NCBI RefSeq assembly: GCF_044704955.1
Contig: NC_091985.1
Span: forward strand, 41,230,001-41,294,000
DNA length: 64,000 bases
Direction of reading: 5' to 3'
DNA from: Pristiophorus japonicus
Lineage: Eukaryota
Shown piece by piece: positions 50,221 through 62,700 of this stretch (positions within the stretch are counted from its first letter, which is position 1; every line of letters starts with the position of its first letter). A program made the translations under genes and the position numbers. Below the pieces are notes generated by a model, which saw nothing but the letters and a program-made list of their open reading frames with translations, was not told where the DNA came from and searched no databases.

Positions 50221-53003
50221 TGTAGTATATGGAGAATGAGTCAGACTGAACACTGTGAGCTCAAAGTAAAGTGTGACCTTGGTCTTTTATTGCAGGTCTC
50301 CAGAGTGCCTCTCCAAGAGTGCCTCTCCAACCTGTGAAGCCTCTATATACCTGTGCTCCCAAGGGATTATGGGATCCCTTGGGACTCCAGGGGATGAGCC
50401 CTCTGGTGGCTGTACAGAGTAAATGCAAGTATACATATATAACAACACTTTTTTTTTCCCCCGTCTCCTCCCCCCCCCCCCCCCCCAAAGTCAATAATGT
50501 AACTATTTACAATATGAGTCGACCTGGGGCCCTTCTTGCCCTGGTTGATCGCCCCGGTGTGAAAGCTGGTGTTGTTTAATCATTTGTTGGGCCCTCGCTG
50601 GCCTGCTGTGCAGCTGGCCTTGCTGGGCTGCCTGGTGTGTTGGGCCCTGCAGGGCTGCTGTGGATGATGGGTCCTGCTTTGTGATCAACCGTGGTGCCGG
50701 TTGCCACTGGTGTGTATGTTGGGGGAATCAAAAAAGGTAGGGTCCAAGGTGGGTTGCTCAGGATAGTCTGTAAATCTGAGTTTGATTTGGTCCAAGTGTT
50801 TCTGATGAATGAGTCCATTTGAAAGTTTGACTCGAAACACCCTGCTCCCCTCTTTGACCACGACAGTGCCGGGAAGTCACTTGGGGCCTTGTCCATAATT
50901 TAATACAAATACAGGATCATTGATTTCAATCTCACGTTTGCGCTATCGTGGTATGCACTTTGTTGAAGCTGCCTGCTCTCTACCTGTTCATGTAGATCAG
51001 GATGAACTAACGAGAGCCTTGTCTTAAGTGCTCTTTTCATGAGCAGTTCAGCAGGTGGGATCCCAGTGAGTGAGTGGGGTCTCGTGCGGTAGCTAAGCAG
51101 GACTCTGGATAGGTGAGTCTGCAGTGAGCCTTCAGTTACCCTCTGCAAGCCTTGCTTGATGGTTTGCACTGCTCTCTCTGCCAGACCATTGGACACTGGT
51201 TTAAATGGGGCAGATGTGACCTTTGAGATCCCGTTGTGGGTCATGAATTCTTTGAACTCAGCACCGGTGAAACATGGCCCGTTGTCGCTCACCAGGACAT
51301 CGGGTAAGCCGTGTGTGGCAAACATGGCCCACAGGCTTTCAGTGGTGGCAGCGGACGTGCTAGCCGACATTATCTCACATTCAATCCACTTGGAGTACGC
51401 GTCTACAACCACAAGGAACATTTTACCCAAGAATGGATCTGCATAGTCAACGTGTACCCTAGATCACGGTTTGGAGGGCCACGACCATAAACTTAGCGGC
51501 GCCTCCCTAGGTACATTGTTTAACTGCGAGCATGTATTACATCTGTTAACGCAGGACTCTAAGTCTGCGTCAATACCGGGCCACCACACGTGGGATCTGG
51601 CTATCGCTTTCATCATTACGATGTCTGGGTGGGTACTGTGGAGGTCATTGATGAAGGTGTCTCTGCCCTCCTTGTGGATCATTACTCGATTACCCCACAG
51701 AAGGCAGTTTGCCTGTAGATACATTTCAGCTTTGTGCCGCTGGAACGGCTTTATTCTCTCCCTGCATTTCCACTGGGACACTGGACCAGCTCCCGTGAAG
51801 CACACAGCTTTTGACTAGGGCTAATAAGAGGTCCTAGCTTGTCCAGGTTTTGATCTGCCGGGCAGTGACGGATGATTGCTCACTCTCAAATGCTTCCATA
51901 ACCATGGCTAAATCTGCGGGCTGTGCCATTTCCACCCCCGTGGTGGGCAATGGCAGCCTGCTGAGAGCATTGACGCAGTTTTCTGTGCCTGGCCTGTGGC
52001 GTAGTTGTAGGCGGACAACATGAGCACCCATCTCTGGCTGCGGGCCGATGCGTTGGTATTTATCCCTTCACTCTCGGAAAACGGGGATATGTGGCTTATA
52101 GTCAGTTTCCAATTTGAATTTGAGCCCAAAAAGGTATTGATGCATTTTCTTTAACCCATAAACACACGCTAACGTTTCTTTTTCAATCATGCTGTAGGCG
52201 GTCTCAGCCTTGGACAGACTCCTGGATGCATAAGCAAGCAACCGGTTTTAGTTTCCCGAAATCATTAGCTTGTTGCAATACATAACCGACGCCATATGAC
52301 GATGCATCACATGCTAGTACCAAACGCTTACATGGATCGTACAACACAAGCAATTTGTTTGAGCATAACAATTTTTTTGCTTTTACAAAGGCATTTTCTT
52401 GGCTTTTGCTCCAAACCCATTCACCCCCTTTTCGTAGTAAGACATACAGTGGTTCTAGCAGTGCGCTGAGACCTGGTAAGGGGTTACCAAAGTAGTTCAA
52501 GAGTCCCAGAAACGACCGCAACTCCGTTACGTTCTGTGGCCTCGGTGCGTTCTCGATTGTCTCCGTCTTTGCGTTGGTGGGCCTGAGGCCATCCGCCGCA
52601 ATCCTCCTTCCCAAAAAACTCCACTTCAGGCGCCAGGAAAACACACTGAGCGTTTTAACCTGAGCCCCACGTGGTTGAGTCGACTAAGAACCTCCTCCAG
52701 GTTCTGCAGATGATTTGCTGTGTTCCGGCCTGTGACCAAGATGTCGTCCTGGAAGACCACAGTGTGCAGGACCGACTTCAGTAAACTTTCCATGTTTCTC
52801 TGGAATATCGCTGCCGCTGATTGGATTCCAAACGGGCACCTGTTATAAACAAAAAGACCTTTGTGCATGTTGATGCAGGTGAGGGCCTTCGATGATTCCT
52901 CCAGTTCCTATGTCAAGTCAGATCCAGATTCGTGAACGTCTGGCGCGAGGAAAGAGGTCGTCAGCTTTTGGTAGTGGGTATTGGTCCTGCAGGGAGAAAT
53001 GAT
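50221..53003 (-). mobile_element. Gypsy (Mag-clade) 3' half nested in the ERV pol
   Basis: 3' LTR 50221-50444 plus IN, RH and RT (VVFQDDILV); gag, PR and 5' LTR missing. Confidence 0.92.
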
Positions 53004-54363
53004 TGGCCTAACATCTGTTGTTGGGAAAATGCTGGAGTCCATTATTAAGAAGGCGGGACATTTGGAAAAGCATAATTCAATCAAGCAGAGTCAACATGGT
53101 TTTATGAAAGGGAAATCATGTTTGAAAAATTTGTTGTAGTTCTTTGAGGATGTAATGAGCAGGGTGGATAAGGGGGAACCAGTGGATGTGGTGTATTTGG
53201 ATTTTCAGAAGGCATTCGATAAGGTGCAACATGAAAGATTACTGCACAAGATAAAAGTTCACAGGGTAGGATAGAGGATTGGCTAACTAACAGAAAACAG
53301 AGTCGGAATAAATGGGTCATTTTCCTGTTGGTAAACAGTGACGAGTGGGGTGCCGCAGAGATCGGTGCTGGGTCCTCAACTATTTACAATCTCTATTAAT
53401 GACTTGGATGAAGGGACTGAGTGTAATGTAGCCAAGTTTGCTGATACAAAGATGGGTGGGAGAGCAAATTGTGAGGAGGGCACACAAAATCTGCAAAAGG
53501 ATATAAACAGGCGAAGTGAGTGGGCAAAAATTTGGCACATGGAGTATAATGTTGGAAAGTGTGAGGTTATCCACTTTGGCAGAAAAAATAGAAAAGCAAA
53601 TTATAATTCAATAGGAGAAAAATTGCAAAGTGCTGCAGTACAGGGGGACCTGGGGGTCCTTGTGCATGAAACACAAAAAGTCAGCATGCAGGTACAGCAA
53701 GTAATCAGGAAGGCAAATGGAATGTTGGCCTTTACTGCAAGGGGGATAGAGTAGAAAAGCAGAGAAGTCCTGCTACAATTGTACAGGAGATTGGTGATGC
53801 CACACCTAGAGTACCGCGTACAGTTTTGGTCTCCGTATTTAAGGAAGGATATACTTGCATTGGATGCTGTTCAGAGAAGGATCACTCGGTTGATTCCGGA
53901 GATGAGGGGTTGGCTTATGAAGATAGGTTGAGTAGGTTGGGCCCATACACATTGGAGTTCAGAAGAATGAAAGGTGATCTTATTGAAACATGTAAGATAA
54001 TGAGGGGCTTGACAAGGTGGATACAGAGAGGATATTTCCATTCATAGGGGAAACTAAAACTAGTGGACATTGTCTCAGAATAAGGGGCCACCCATTTAAA
54101 ACTGAGATGATGAGGAATTTCTTCTCTGAGGGTTGTAAATCTGTGGAATTCGCTGCCCCAGGGAGCTGTGGAGACTGGGTCATTGAATATATTTAAGGCG
54201 GAGATATACAGATTTTTGAGCAATGAGAGAATAAAGGGTTATGGGGAGCAGGTAGGGAAGTGGAACTGAATCCATGATCAGATCAGTCATGATCTTATTG
54301 AATGGTGGAGCAGGCTTGAGAGGCCAAACGGCCTACTCCTGGTCCTATTTCTTAGGTTATGTT
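53004..54363 (+). mobile_element. CR1 LINE 3' part
   Basis: SGVPQRSVLGP..KFADTK..; 3' UTR tail. Confidence 0.92.
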
Positions 54364-54399
54364 CTCCCAAGCGGCCCTTCCTCTGGGGGCCGATTCTAC

Positions 54400-55800
54400 C
54401 TATTTCTTAGTCAACGACTTTACCAACTGCAGCAGTTGTTCCTTATTGAAGGTTTCTACAGGGATATCTCATCGATTGGTGCATACCTGTCCTGTGACCC
54501 TTGCCCTTCACTGCCTCCTCCCCATGCCCAGCAGCCCTTTGCCTCATGTCCCATTTTATTGCAGTTTCTGCACTGCAATCTTCCCCTATCTTTCCGTGGT
54601 GCCCTACAGTCTTGCCGGCGGTGTCCTGGCTTATTGCAGTTAAAACCTAACTCTGGGCTGTCTCCAGCTCCCACATATTCTTTTCCTTCTTTTGGTGGTC
54701 GCCTTTGGTTGCCTACTTCAGTGGCCCATCGCATTAGTTAGTCATAACCTTGCATGGTGACGAAGCCGGTTTTAAGAATAACTTGGTGCGTGCTGCTGAG
54801 CCCATTTTAAAAGATTTTTAGAAAGGCTGCATTATCTCGGATGAGACCCGCCACTATATCCGAGTGTGCCTGAAAGCTGGTGTATTTCCTTTCACCATAG
54901 TCGTGTGCAGATTCACCTTTATTTTGGGTCACTTCCATTATCAATCCTCAATTTATAGGGACTATTCCCATTATGCGTGTTACTTTGGCTCTGAATAGCG
55001 TGTATTCGGCCTCACATTGTGCCAACGTGGGTGCTACATCTGCGCTCCAGGTTCCATCCTGGAACCGTTGGCCCAACTGTTACCACATACTTTCCGGAAT
55101 TTTTGCCCATACCAGCTTCCACATCTCAGTTATGTAGAGTGGCAGATACGCATTTCTCTTTTTTTTTAACAAAATTTGGCATTACTCTGTCTAGCTTTTA
55201 TTTTTGGGAGTAATAGCAACTTCAACTTGTTGCCCGGGAGAATGGTACATCTGTAGTCCGGATTACATCCAGTCCTGCTGCCACTAGCGGGACAGCATTT
55301 GGTTGGGTAGGTGTTCCTGGGATGAATTCCAATTTAATAGGAGCTAGTGAGAATGGTTTGCCATAGTAGGGTTGTGCATCCCACCCATGATCCCTGTCAT
55401 AATCTGCTGCCTCTTCCTAAATTTACCCAGTCTATGGGTCCGTCATCGTCATTGTCTGTCATGTCTGGTGCTGTCGGCACCGTTGGTGACTGTGATACAG
55501 TCACGCTTGCGCATGGTTTCCTAACTTTTGCTTAGCTTTTTTTGCGACCGCCTCGTTAACATTTTTGCTTAATTCATAATATGGTTGAGTTACCATTAGG
55601 CATGCCTTTTCTCCCTGATGTTTCTTCTCATCTTCCAACCACTTATTTTCCTTGGCGGGAATTGCACTGGGATCCCATTTATTTTTCAACATCTTTACTA
55701 TAATCTATTTATTCCTATCTGCTAAATACTTGTTCAGGGATCCCTCAGGTCCACACTCCAAGTCGTCATCTCCCTTGGTTTTGTTGTCAGCAGTATCTCT
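54400..55800 (-). pseudogene. gag: ERV gag remnant
   Basis: VPTAPD (55466-55477); MHR-like IN*GLIMEVTQNKGESAHDYGERK (~54888-54960); knuckles (G)FNCNKPGHRRQDC and CRNCNKMGHEAKGC; terminal ..KSLTKK-TAG. Confidence 0.85.
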
Positions 55801-55980
55801 CCTTTCAAGCTTTTACCGAGTGAGATGGATACTTGCAATTTATACCGACTTTATATGTTAAATCGCAATGTTCTTAACATATACTCTATGCTACCGATTC
55901 AATCCAGATAACACAAAATTACAAAAGTCATTTTACCTGGGGTAGTTAGTCGTAGACTGTGTGTAGTCTCGTTCAGACTT

Positions 55981-57722
55981 ATAATGGGGAACAAAGAAAT
56001 GGCAGACCAATTGAACAAGTACTTCGGTTCTGTCTTCACAAAGGAAGACACAAATAACCTTCGGGATGTACTAGGGGACCGAGGGTCTAGTGAGAAGGAG
56101 GAACTGAAGGATATCCTTAGGCTGGAAATTGACGGGATTGAAGGCCGATAAATCCTAGGGCCTGATCGTCTACATCCCAGAGTACTTAAGGAAGTGGCCC
56201 AAGAAATAGTAGATGCATTGATAATTTTCCAGCAGTTTATCGACTCTGGATCGGTTCCCATGGACTGGAGGGTTGCTAATGTAACACCACTTTTTAAAAA
56301 AGGAGGGAGAGAGAAAATGGGTAATTATAGACCGGTTAGCCTGATATCATTAGTGGGGAAAATGTTGGAATCAATCATTAATGATGAAATAGCAGCTCAT
56401 TTGGAAAGCAGTGATAGGATTGGTCCAAGTCAGCATAGATTTATGAAAGGGAAATCCTGCTTGACAAATCTTCTGGATTTTTTTGAGGATGTAACTAGTA
56501 GAGTGGACAAGGGAGAACCAATGGATGTGGTGTATTTGGACTTTCAAAAGGCTTTTGACAAGGTCCCACACAAGAGATTGGTGTGCAAAATCAAAGCACA
56601 TGGTATTGGGGGTAATGTACTGACGTGGATAGAGAACTGGTTGGCAGACAGGAAGCAGAGAGTCAGGGTAAACGGGTCCTTTTCAGAATGGCAGGCAATG
56701 ACTAGTGGAGTGCCGCAGGGCTCAGTGCTGGGACCCCAGCTATTTACAATATATATTAATGATTTAGATGATGGAATTGAGTGCAATATCTCCAAGTTTG
56801 TAGATGACACTAAACTGGGTGGCGGTGTGAGCTGTGAGGAGGACGCTAAGAGGCTGCAGGGTGACTTGAACAGGTTAGGTGAGTGGGCAAATGCATGGCA
56901 GATGCATTATAATGTGGATAAATGTGAGGTTATCCATTTTGGGGGCAAAAACACGAAGGCAGAATATTATCTGGATGGCGGCAGATTAGGAAAAGGGGAG
57001 TACAGTGAGACCTGGGGGTCATGGTCCATCAGTCACTGAAAGTGGGCATGCAGGTACAGCAGGCGGTGAAGAAGGCAAAAATGGTATGTTGGCCTTCATA
57101 GCTAGGGGATTTGAATACAGGAGCATGGAGGTCTTACTGCAGTTGTTCAGGGCCTTGGTGAGGCCTCACCTGGAATATTGTGTTCAGTTTTGGTCTCCTA
57201 ATCTGAGGAAGGACATTCTTGCTATTGAGGGAGTGCAGCAAAGGTTCACCAGACTGATTCCAGGGATGGCTGGGCTGTTATATGAGGAGAGACTGGATCA
57301 ACTGGGCCTTTATTCACTGGAGTTTAGAAGGATGAGAGGGGATCTCATAGAAACGTATAAGATTCTGACGGGACTGGACAGGTTAGATGCAGGAAGAATG
57401 TTCCCGATGTTGGGGAAGTCCAGAACCAGGGGACATAGTCTTAGGATAAGAGGTAGGCCATTTAGGACTGAGATGAGGAGAAACTTCTTCACTCAGAGTT
57501 GTTAACCGATGGAATTCCCTACCGCAGAGAGTTGTTGATGCCAGTTCATTGGATATATTCAAGAGGGAGTTAGATATGGCCCTTATGGCTCAGGGGATCA
57601 AGGGGTATGGAGAGAAAGCAGGAAAGGGTGACTGAGGGAATGATCAGCCATGATCTTATTGAATGGCGGTGCAGGTTCGAAGGGCCAAATGGCCTACTCC
57701 ATCTATTTTCTATGTTTCTATG
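55981..57722 (+). mobile_element. CR1 LINE inserted in the ERV leader
   Basis: 281-aa RT ORF at 56194-57039; tail tttctatgtttctatg; flanking gactt repeat. Confidence 0.93.
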
Positions 57723-57855
57723 ACTTGCAGGATTGGATCTCTCAGACCGCTGACACCATGCACACTTCTACTTGTCTTATTTGTGCGTGGTAATTGAAAA
57801 CGTGCTCACCCATTTTGACGTGTTTCCATCTGCCAGTGTCTGCCGTCCACTTGAA

Positions 57856-57873
57856 ATCCTGCCGACGATGCCA
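57856..57873 (-). promoter_or_regulatory. ERV primer-binding site, tRNA-Ser
   Basis: TGGCATCGTCGGCAGGAT, 16/18 match to the complement of the recalled vertebrate tRNA-Ser(AGA/TGA) 3' end ATCCTGCCGACTACGCCA; 2 nt from the LTR end. Confidence 0.88.
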
Positions 57874-57875
57874 AT

Positions 57876-58362
57876 TGTTGTGGAATATTTTAAAAATACA
57901 CTACACAAGTCTGACATCGAGAGTTCTACCTGTCTGTAATCGCATGTGTGGGGAGACAACTTGCTTTTTGTCCTTAGCCAAGTCTCTCCAAATTGATACA
58001 GAAAGTTAGAGATATTTATACTCCAATGACACATTGTCCAATGTCCCTGCCTACTTTCTAGATTACATCATTAGTCTTAATTCCTGTTTACTACCAGCTG
58101 TTCACCTTGGTTTCAATATCAGACAGTAAGCAGTTGCAGTCAGCATTACATAACACTTAGTTAGTTGTGGTCGGCAGTTAATCTGACTTATGACACACAT
58201 TGCTGTAACTGATTTACTACTGGCAGTTGAGGTCAGCAGATTTAGCTTAATCACATTTTGCTTTATTTTGTTTAGCCTGGTCTATTGTTTTACCACTCAA
58301 GCTGCAATCCAAGATATCCTTGGTTTTCCTGCCACATAAGCTGGTCCCAGGTTCCCCTTTCA
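57876..58362 (-). repeat. ERV 5' LTR (487 bp)
   Basis: TG...CA termini; TATAAATA at 58020-58013 with upstream ATTGG motifs; homologous to the split 3' LTR. Confidence 0.92.
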
Positions 58363-58559
58363 TCCTTACTCTTTAATATTCCTCTTTTTCCATGCAATGA
58401 ATTTCCTATTTAAAAAGGAAATACAGACTCTGCTCCAATGGGAGTTTGTAGTAGATAATTTCACATTACAACAGCCCTCTGAATAAATGTATCTTAATTT
58501 TCTCTCTCAATTCGGTGATTATTTTGAACTTTTTGCCCTATCACCAATAATAATTCTTC

Positions 58560-59715
58560 ATAAGAACATAAGAAAATAAGGAAATAAGAGCAGGAATAGG
58601 CCATACGGCCCCTCGAGCCTGCTCCGCCATTCAATAAGATCATGGTGGAGCTGATCATGGAGTCGGATCAATTTCCCTGCCCGCTCCCCATATCCCCTTA
58701 TCGTTTAAGAAACTGTCTATTTTTATCTTAAATTTATTTATTGTCCCAGCTTCCACAGCTCTCTGGGGCAGTGAATTCCACAGATTTACAACCCTCAGAA
58801 GAAATTTCTCCTCATCTCAGTTCTAAATAGGCGGCCCCTTATTCTAAGATTATTCCCTCTAGTGCTAGTCTCCCCCACCAGTGGAAACATCCTCTCTGCA
58901 TCCACCTTGTTAAGCCCCCTCATAATCTTGTACGTTTCGATAAGATCACCTCTCATTTTCTGAATTCTAACGAGTAGAAGCCCAACCTACTCAACCTTTC
59001 CTCATAAATCAACTCCCTCATCCCCAGAATCAACCTAGTGAACCTTCTCTGAACTGCCTCCAAAGCAAGCATATCCTTTTATAAATATGGAAACCAAAAC
59101 TGCACGCAGTATTCCAGGTGTGGCCTCACCAATACCCTGTACAGCTGTAACAAGACTTCCCTGCTTTTATACTCCATCCCCTTTGCAATAAAGGCCAAGA
59201 TTCCATTGGCCTTCCTGATCTCTTGCTGTACCCGCATACTATCCTTTTGTGTTTCATGCACAAGTACCCACAGGTCCGGCTGTACTGCAGCACTTAGCAA
59301 TCTTTCTCCATTTAAATAATAACTTGCTCTTTGATTCTTTCTGCCAAAGTGCATGACCTCACACTTTCCAACATTTTACTTCATCTGCCAAATGTTTGCC
59401 CACTCACTTAGCCTGTCTATGTCCTTTTGCAGCTTTTTTATGTCCTCCTCACACATTACTTTTCCTCCCATCTTTGTATCATCAGCAAACTTGGCTATGT
59501 TACACTCAGTCCCTTCCAAGTCGTTAATATAGATTGTAAATAGTTGGGGTTCCAGCACTGATCCCTGTGGCACCCTACTCGTTACTGATTGCCAACCAGA
59601 GAATGAACCATTATATCCCTACTCTGTTTTCTGTTTGTTAGCCAATCTTCTACCCATAAAAATATATTACCCCCAGCCCCGTGAACTTTTATCTTGTGCA
59701 GTAACCTTTTGTGTC
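58560..59715 (-). mobile_element. CR1 LINE 3' part
   Basis: PQGSVLEPQLF..FADDTKMGG; HLEYCVQFW; (cataagaa) tail. Confidence 0.92.
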
Positions 59716-62700
59716 ATTCATTCATAGGCAGTCCCTCGAACGAGGATGACTTGCTTCCACGAGTTCACAGGTGTTTCGATGAAGGACCCAACTTTCCAGC
59801 CCTGAAATCCAATTGAGGGGGATGGAAGATGCCTGTGCGTGAATTTTTTTAATGTGTGGTAACCGTTGCACATCAGCCACCACACGGTCTTGAAAGAGTT
59901 AGGTCTTGGTCCAGTGGCAAGGATTAACCAGGACGACTGGAGAACTGCTCTGCTTTTGGGGAAGGGTTAAACTAATATGGCAGGGGGATGGGAAGCTATG
60001 CAGGGAGACAGAGGAAGTAAAATAGGGGCAGAAGCAAAAGATAGAAAGAAGAAAAGTAAAAATGAAGAGCAGAGAAACACAAGGCAAAAATCAAAAAGGG
60101 CCACATTGCAGCAAAATTCTAAAAGAGCAAAGTGTGTTAAAAAGACAAACCTGAAGGCTCGGTGCCTCAATGCGAGGAGTATTCGTAATAAGGTGGATGA
60201 ATTAACTGCACAGGCAGCAATTAATGAATATGATGTCATTGGCATCACGGAGACCAGGGTGACCAAGGCTGGGAATTCAACATCCAGGGGTATTCAACAT
60301 TTAGGAAGGATAGACAGAAAGGAAAAGGAGGTGGGGTAGCGTTGCTGGTTAAAGAGGAAATTAATGCAATAGTAAGGAAGAACATTAGCTTGGATGATGT
60401 GGAATCTGTATGGGTGGAGCTGCGGCAAACCAATGGGCAGAAAATGCTAGTGGGAGTTGTGTACAGACCACCAAACAGTAGTAGTGAGGTTGGAGACAGC
60501 ATCAAACAAGAAATTAGGGATGCGTGCAATAAAGGTATGGCAGTTATCATGGGCGAATTTAATATACATATAGATTGGGCTAACCAAACTGGTAGCAATA
60601 TGATGGAAGAGGATTTCCTGGAATGTATTAGGGATGGTTTTCTGGACCAATATGTTCAGGAACCAACTAGAGGGCTGGCCATCCTAGTCTGGGTGATGTG
60701 CATTGAGAAAGGACTAATTAGCAATCTTGTGCGAAGCCCCTTGGTGAAGAGTGACCATAATATGGTAGAATTCCTTATTAAGATGGAGAGTGACAGTTAA
60801 TTCAGAGATTGGGTCCTGAACTTAAGGAAAGATAACTTTGATGGTATGAGACGTGAATTGGCTAGAATAGACTGGCGAATGATACTTAAAGGGTTGATGG
60901 TGGATCGGCAATGGCAAACATTTAAAGATCACATGGATGAACTTCAACAATTGTACATCCCTGTCTGGAGTAAAAATGAAACTGGGAAGGTGGCTCTCAA
61001 CTGTGGCTAACCAGGGAAATTAAGGATAGTGTTAAATCCAAGGAAGAGGCATATAAATTGGCCAGAAAAAGCAGCAAACCTGAGGACTGGGAGAAATTTA
61101 GAATTCAGCAGAGGAGGACTAAGGTTTAATTAGGAGGGGGAAAATAGAGTATGAGACGAAACTTGCCGGGAACATAAAAACTGACTGCAAAAGCTTCTAT
61201 AGATACGTGAAGAGAAAAAGATTAGTGAAGACAAGCGTAGGTCCCTTGCAGTGAGAATAGGTGAATTTATATTGAAAAACAAAGAAATGGTGGACCAGTT
61301 AAACACATACTTCGGTTCTGTCTTCACGAAGGAAGACACAAATAACATTCCGGAAGTACTAGGGGACCGAGGGTCTAGTGAGAAGGAGGAGCTGAAGGAA
61401 ATCCTTATTAGTCGGGAAATTGTGTTAGGGAAATTGATGGGATTGAAGGCCGATAAATCCCCAGAGCCTGATAGTCTACATCCCAGAGTACTTAAGGAAG
61501 TGGCCCTAGAAATAGTGGATGCATTGGTGATAATTTTCCAGCAGTCTATCGACTCTGGGATCAGTTCCTATGGACTGGAGGGTTGCTAATGTGTAACCAC
61601 TTTTTAAAAAAGGAGGGAGAGAGAAAATGGGTAATTATAGACTGGTTAGCCTGACATCAGTAGTGGGGAAAATGTTGGAATCTATTATTAAAGATGAAAT
61701 AACAGCGCATTTGGAAAGCAGTGAAAGGGAAATCATGCTTGACAAATCTTCTGGAATTTTTTGAGGATGTAACTAGTAGAGTGGACAAGGGAGAACCAGT
61801 GGATGTGGTGTATTTGGACTTTCAAAAGGCTTTTGACAAGGACCCACACAAGATATTGGTGTGCAAAATTAAAGCAAATGGTATTGGGGGTAATGTATTG
61901 ACGTGGATAGAGAACTGGTTGGCAGACAAGAAGCAGAGAGTGAGGGTAAATGGGTCCTTTTCAGAATGGCAGACAGTGACTAGTGACTGCCGCAGGGCTC
62001 AGTGCTGGGACCCCAGCTGTTTACAATATATATTAATGATTTAGTATATATTAAGGAATTGAGTGTAATATCTCCAAGTTTGCAGACGACACTAAATTGG
62101 GTAGCGTTGTGAGCTGCGAGGAGGACGCTAAGAGGCTGCAGGGTGACTTGGACAGGTTTGGCGAATGGGCAAATGCATGGCAGATACAATATAATGTGGA
62201 TAAAAGTGAGGTTATCCACCTTGGGGGCAAAAACACGAAGGCAGAATATTATCTGAATGGTGGCAGATTAGGAAAAGAGGAGGTGCAACAAGACCTGGGT
62301 GTCATGGTACATCAGTCATTGAAAGTTGGCATACAGTTACAGCAGGCGGTGAAGAAGGCAAATGGTATGTTGGCCTTCATAGCTAGGGATTTTGAGTATA
62401 GGAGCAGTGAGGTCTTACTGCAGTTGTACAGGGCCTCACCTGTAATATTGTGTTTAGTTTTGGACTCTTAATCTGAGGAAGGACGTTCTTGCTATTGAGG
62501 GAGTGCAGCGAAGGTTCACCAGACTGATTCCCGGGATGGCAGGACTGACATATGAGGAGAGACTGGATCGACTGGGCCTGTATTCACGAGTTTAGAAGGA
62601 TGAGAGGGGATCTCCTAGAAACATATAAAATTCTGACGGGACTGGACAGGTTAGATGCAGGAAGAATGTTCCCAATGTTGGGGAAGTCCAGAACCAGGGG

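Larger units (their letters stand above)
41819..58362 (-). mobile_element. Endogenous retrovirus provirus (lokiretrovirus-like/class III-like), degraded, with nested insertions
   Basis: Paired LTRs, PBS, PPT, 5-bp TSD (ccctt/tcctt), and gag, IN and env remnants in retroviral order. Confidence 0.9.

Noticed and set aside
54456-54734. Cellular CNBP-like zinc-knuckle gene
   Set aside because: It follows a capsid MHR in frame and sits inside the LTR pair; it is retroviral nucleocapsid.
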